Program-made: the position numbers and the translations under genes
The notes under the pieces: generated by a model
Told to the model about the DNA's origin: nothing
What the model saw: the letters and a program-made list of their open reading frames with translations, nothing else
The model's database searches: none
In this document: positions 61,749-64,000 of the stretch, piece by piece
Layout of the letters: every line of letters starts with the position of its first letter
Position numbering within the stretch: position 1 is the stretch's first letter
NCBI GenBank assembly: GCA_002269645.1
Contig: NIVC01001008.1
Span: 1 to 64,000 of the forward strand
Length of the DNA: 64,000 nucleotides
Direction of reading: 5' to 3'
DNA from: Macrostomum lignano
Lineage: Eukaryota

Positions 61749-62230
61749 TTGCTCCCTGGTTTAAATATGAAACAAAGCTGCACTGAAAAAAATCACAGCG
61801 TTATATTTTTTATCACAAAATATGAGCTAAGAAAGGAGTTTTTAAATGAAGACGGTAAATGATAGTGGATACATAAATTGTATAATAGTTTACAGACACA
61901 AAATGGTGTAAGATTCCTGGATAAATGTTCAGATGCAGTGGATATATAGGATAAAATTTACTATAATAATGTGCACCAATAATCGTTAATTAATTTTTTC
62001 CCATCTTAAACAACAGCGTAAAAGTTAAAATTAATCAAAAAATAGTTTACGAATATTCAGTTTGCTGTTTCTTGGAAAAATTTCCGACAAAATAGTAATG
62101 CAAATAAGCCACATTATCAGCAACAACATACCTGACATTAGGAGGACATTATAAAAAACCACTTGCATGTACAAAAAGCAATACAAAAGCAAAGGATATT
62201 GTGCCTTTTATCTGCTTTCGGGTGTACGTA

Positions 62231-62648
62231 ATCCATCCTGTTCTTTCACTTGGGAAATAGATTAGCAATCCATCCTGTTCTTTCACTTGGGAAATAGATT
62301 AGCAATCCATCCTGTTCTTTCACTTGGGAAATAGATTAGCAATCCATCCCGTTCTGTCACTTGGGAAATAGATTAGCAATCCATCCTGTTCTGTCACTTG
62401 GGAAATAGATTAGCAATCCATCCCGTTCTGTCACTTGGGAAATAGATTAGCAATCCATTCTGTTCTGTCACTTGGAAAATAGATTAGCAATCCATCCCGT
62501 TCTGTCACTTGGGAAATATATTAGCAATCCATCCCGTTCTGTCACTTGGGAAATAGATTAGCAATCCATCCTGTTCTGTCACTTGGAAAATAGATTAGCA
62601 ATCCATCCCGTTCTGTCACTTGGGAAATATATTAGCAATCCATCCTGT
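62231..62648. repeat. 37-bp minisatellite
   Basis: ATCCATCCTGTTCTTTCACTTGGGAAATAGATTAGCA, about 11 copies. Confidence 0.95.
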
Positions 62649-62790
62649 GTCTTCCTCATGGAGATCAAGCTTCATCGCTTTTTAGTTTGCATCAAAGAAT
62701 TAGACAAATATGAATTGTGAGTCCTGTCAATGATTGTTGTGAATTTTTACACTCATTCAGTTAAACGGGTTCATACTTCAAAAGTGCCGC

Positions 62791-63445
62791 CTAGTTGTTG
62801 CCTTCGGGCGGCGGCATCGGCTGGCTTGGCATCCCAGCGGCAGCTTCATACGGCGGCGGCTTGTCGCCAAGGTCGGCATCGGTTGGAGCGCTGGCGGCAG
62901 TGCCGGGCGGCGGCATGTAGCAGGCATTGTAGGCCGGCGGCATCGGCGCCCCCGCGGCGGCGGTATTGGGATAGTTAAAAGACGAATTGTCGTAGGCGGC
63001 CGGTTGCTGCAGCGGCGGTGGCGGCGGGTGCTGCTGCTGCACCGGGTAGCTGCCGGGCGGTGCCGGCGGCAGGTCGCTACGAGTTCCAGCGCCAGTTCCG
63101 GCCGTTTCGCGCCGTCGCTGAGCTGCCACAGCCCGATGGTAGAACGCCATCCGGGTGCCGAACACGGCGAGCACGGTGAGGCCGCCGATGATCAGGCCGA
63201 TGGACCAGTAGGGAAACGAGAAAAAACTGCTCGAAGACTTTTTGCTACTCAGAGTCCGGTCAAGCGTAGTGAGGTTGTGGAATTCGCTCTCTCCGCCGAT
63301 GCTGCTGCTGCACAAGTAGCGAAGATCCTTCCAGCAGTTCTCGCGGTAGTACGAGTTGAATCTGTAGATCACGCAGCGGCAGCTGCCAGTTGAACAGCCG
63401 GAGCTACTGGAGCTTGAGCTGTAGAACTTGAGACTACCGCTAGAG
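62791..63445 (-). CDS. CTLD-TM-PPxY receptor copy 5, last exon only; exon 1 presumably beyond the right edge
   Basis: Acceptor TTTTTCAG|C (phase 2), CSTGSCRCVIY..C..YLC, GGESEFHNL, TM, PPAY and PPPY. Confidence 0.82.
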
Positions 63446-63566
63446 CTGAAAAATCGGGAGCAGAGGGAGGGAGTGAGTAATAAATGTTCAGTATAGGAGC
63501 TTGGGCATTAACTACGATGCAACTAGCAATAGAGTCAATTGGTAACAAATTGAGACAAGTAGCTTG

Positions 63567-63950
63567 ATGTTAATTAGTTCACCTGATAAGAGAGTAAGAC
63601 ACTGTAGAGATACTGTAATTGATGTTAATTAGTTCACCTGATAAGAGAGTAAGACACTGAGAAGATAATTGATGTTAATTAGTTCACCTGATAAGAGAGT
63701 AAGACACTGTAGAGATAATTGATGTTAATTAGTTCACCTGATAAGAACGTAAGACACTGAGAAGATAATTGATGTTAATTAGTTCACCTGATAAGAGAGT
63801 AAGACACTGTAGAGATAATTGATGTTAATTAGTTCACCTGATAAGAACGTAAGACACTGAGAAGATAATTGATGTTAATTAGTTCACCTGATAAGAGAGT
63901 AAGACACTGTAGAGATAATTGATGCTAATTAGTTCACCTGGTAAAAGCGT
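63567..63950. repeat. ~50-bp minisatellite in copy 5 intron
   Basis: GATGTTAATTAGTTCACCTGATAAGAGAGTAAGACACTGTAGAGATAATT variants. Confidence 0.92.
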
Positions 63951-64000
63951 AAGACAGGAAGCTGTTGTGCTCTGCTTACCTGACGAGAAACTTATTAGCG

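Overview
Eukaryotic (metazoan) genomic DNA with GT-AG introns. About a quarter of the window is minisatellite, and almost every array has its own unit. This style suggests a free-living flatworm such as Macrostomum (inference only). Recognisable genes: lysosomal alpha-mannosidase (MAN2B1-like, partial, two 1-bp frameshifts), mitochondrial sulfide:quinone oxidoreductase (SQOR), a SUR1/CSH1-type GT32 glycosyltransferase, lysosomal phospholipase A2 (PLA2G15/LCAT family) and SRSF7 with a candidate poison exon. An AT-rich, CpG-depleted zone of nested MITEs with intact TSDs lies at 25.7-34.5 kb. The most notable structure is a tandem minus-strand array (39.8-63.4 kb) of five two-exon genes for single-pass receptors: signal peptide, CUB-like domain, C-type-lectin-like domain, TM helix and a Pro/Tyr-rich tail with PPxY motifs. 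All copies share a phase-2 intron inside the lectin long loop. Two neighbours are 98.8% identical over a 519-bp tract of exon 1, but diverge from the start of the putative ligand-binding loop onward. No CRISPR, rRNA or bona fide tRNA genes were seen. Gene models were hand-derived from splice signals and homology recalled from memory, not from database searches.
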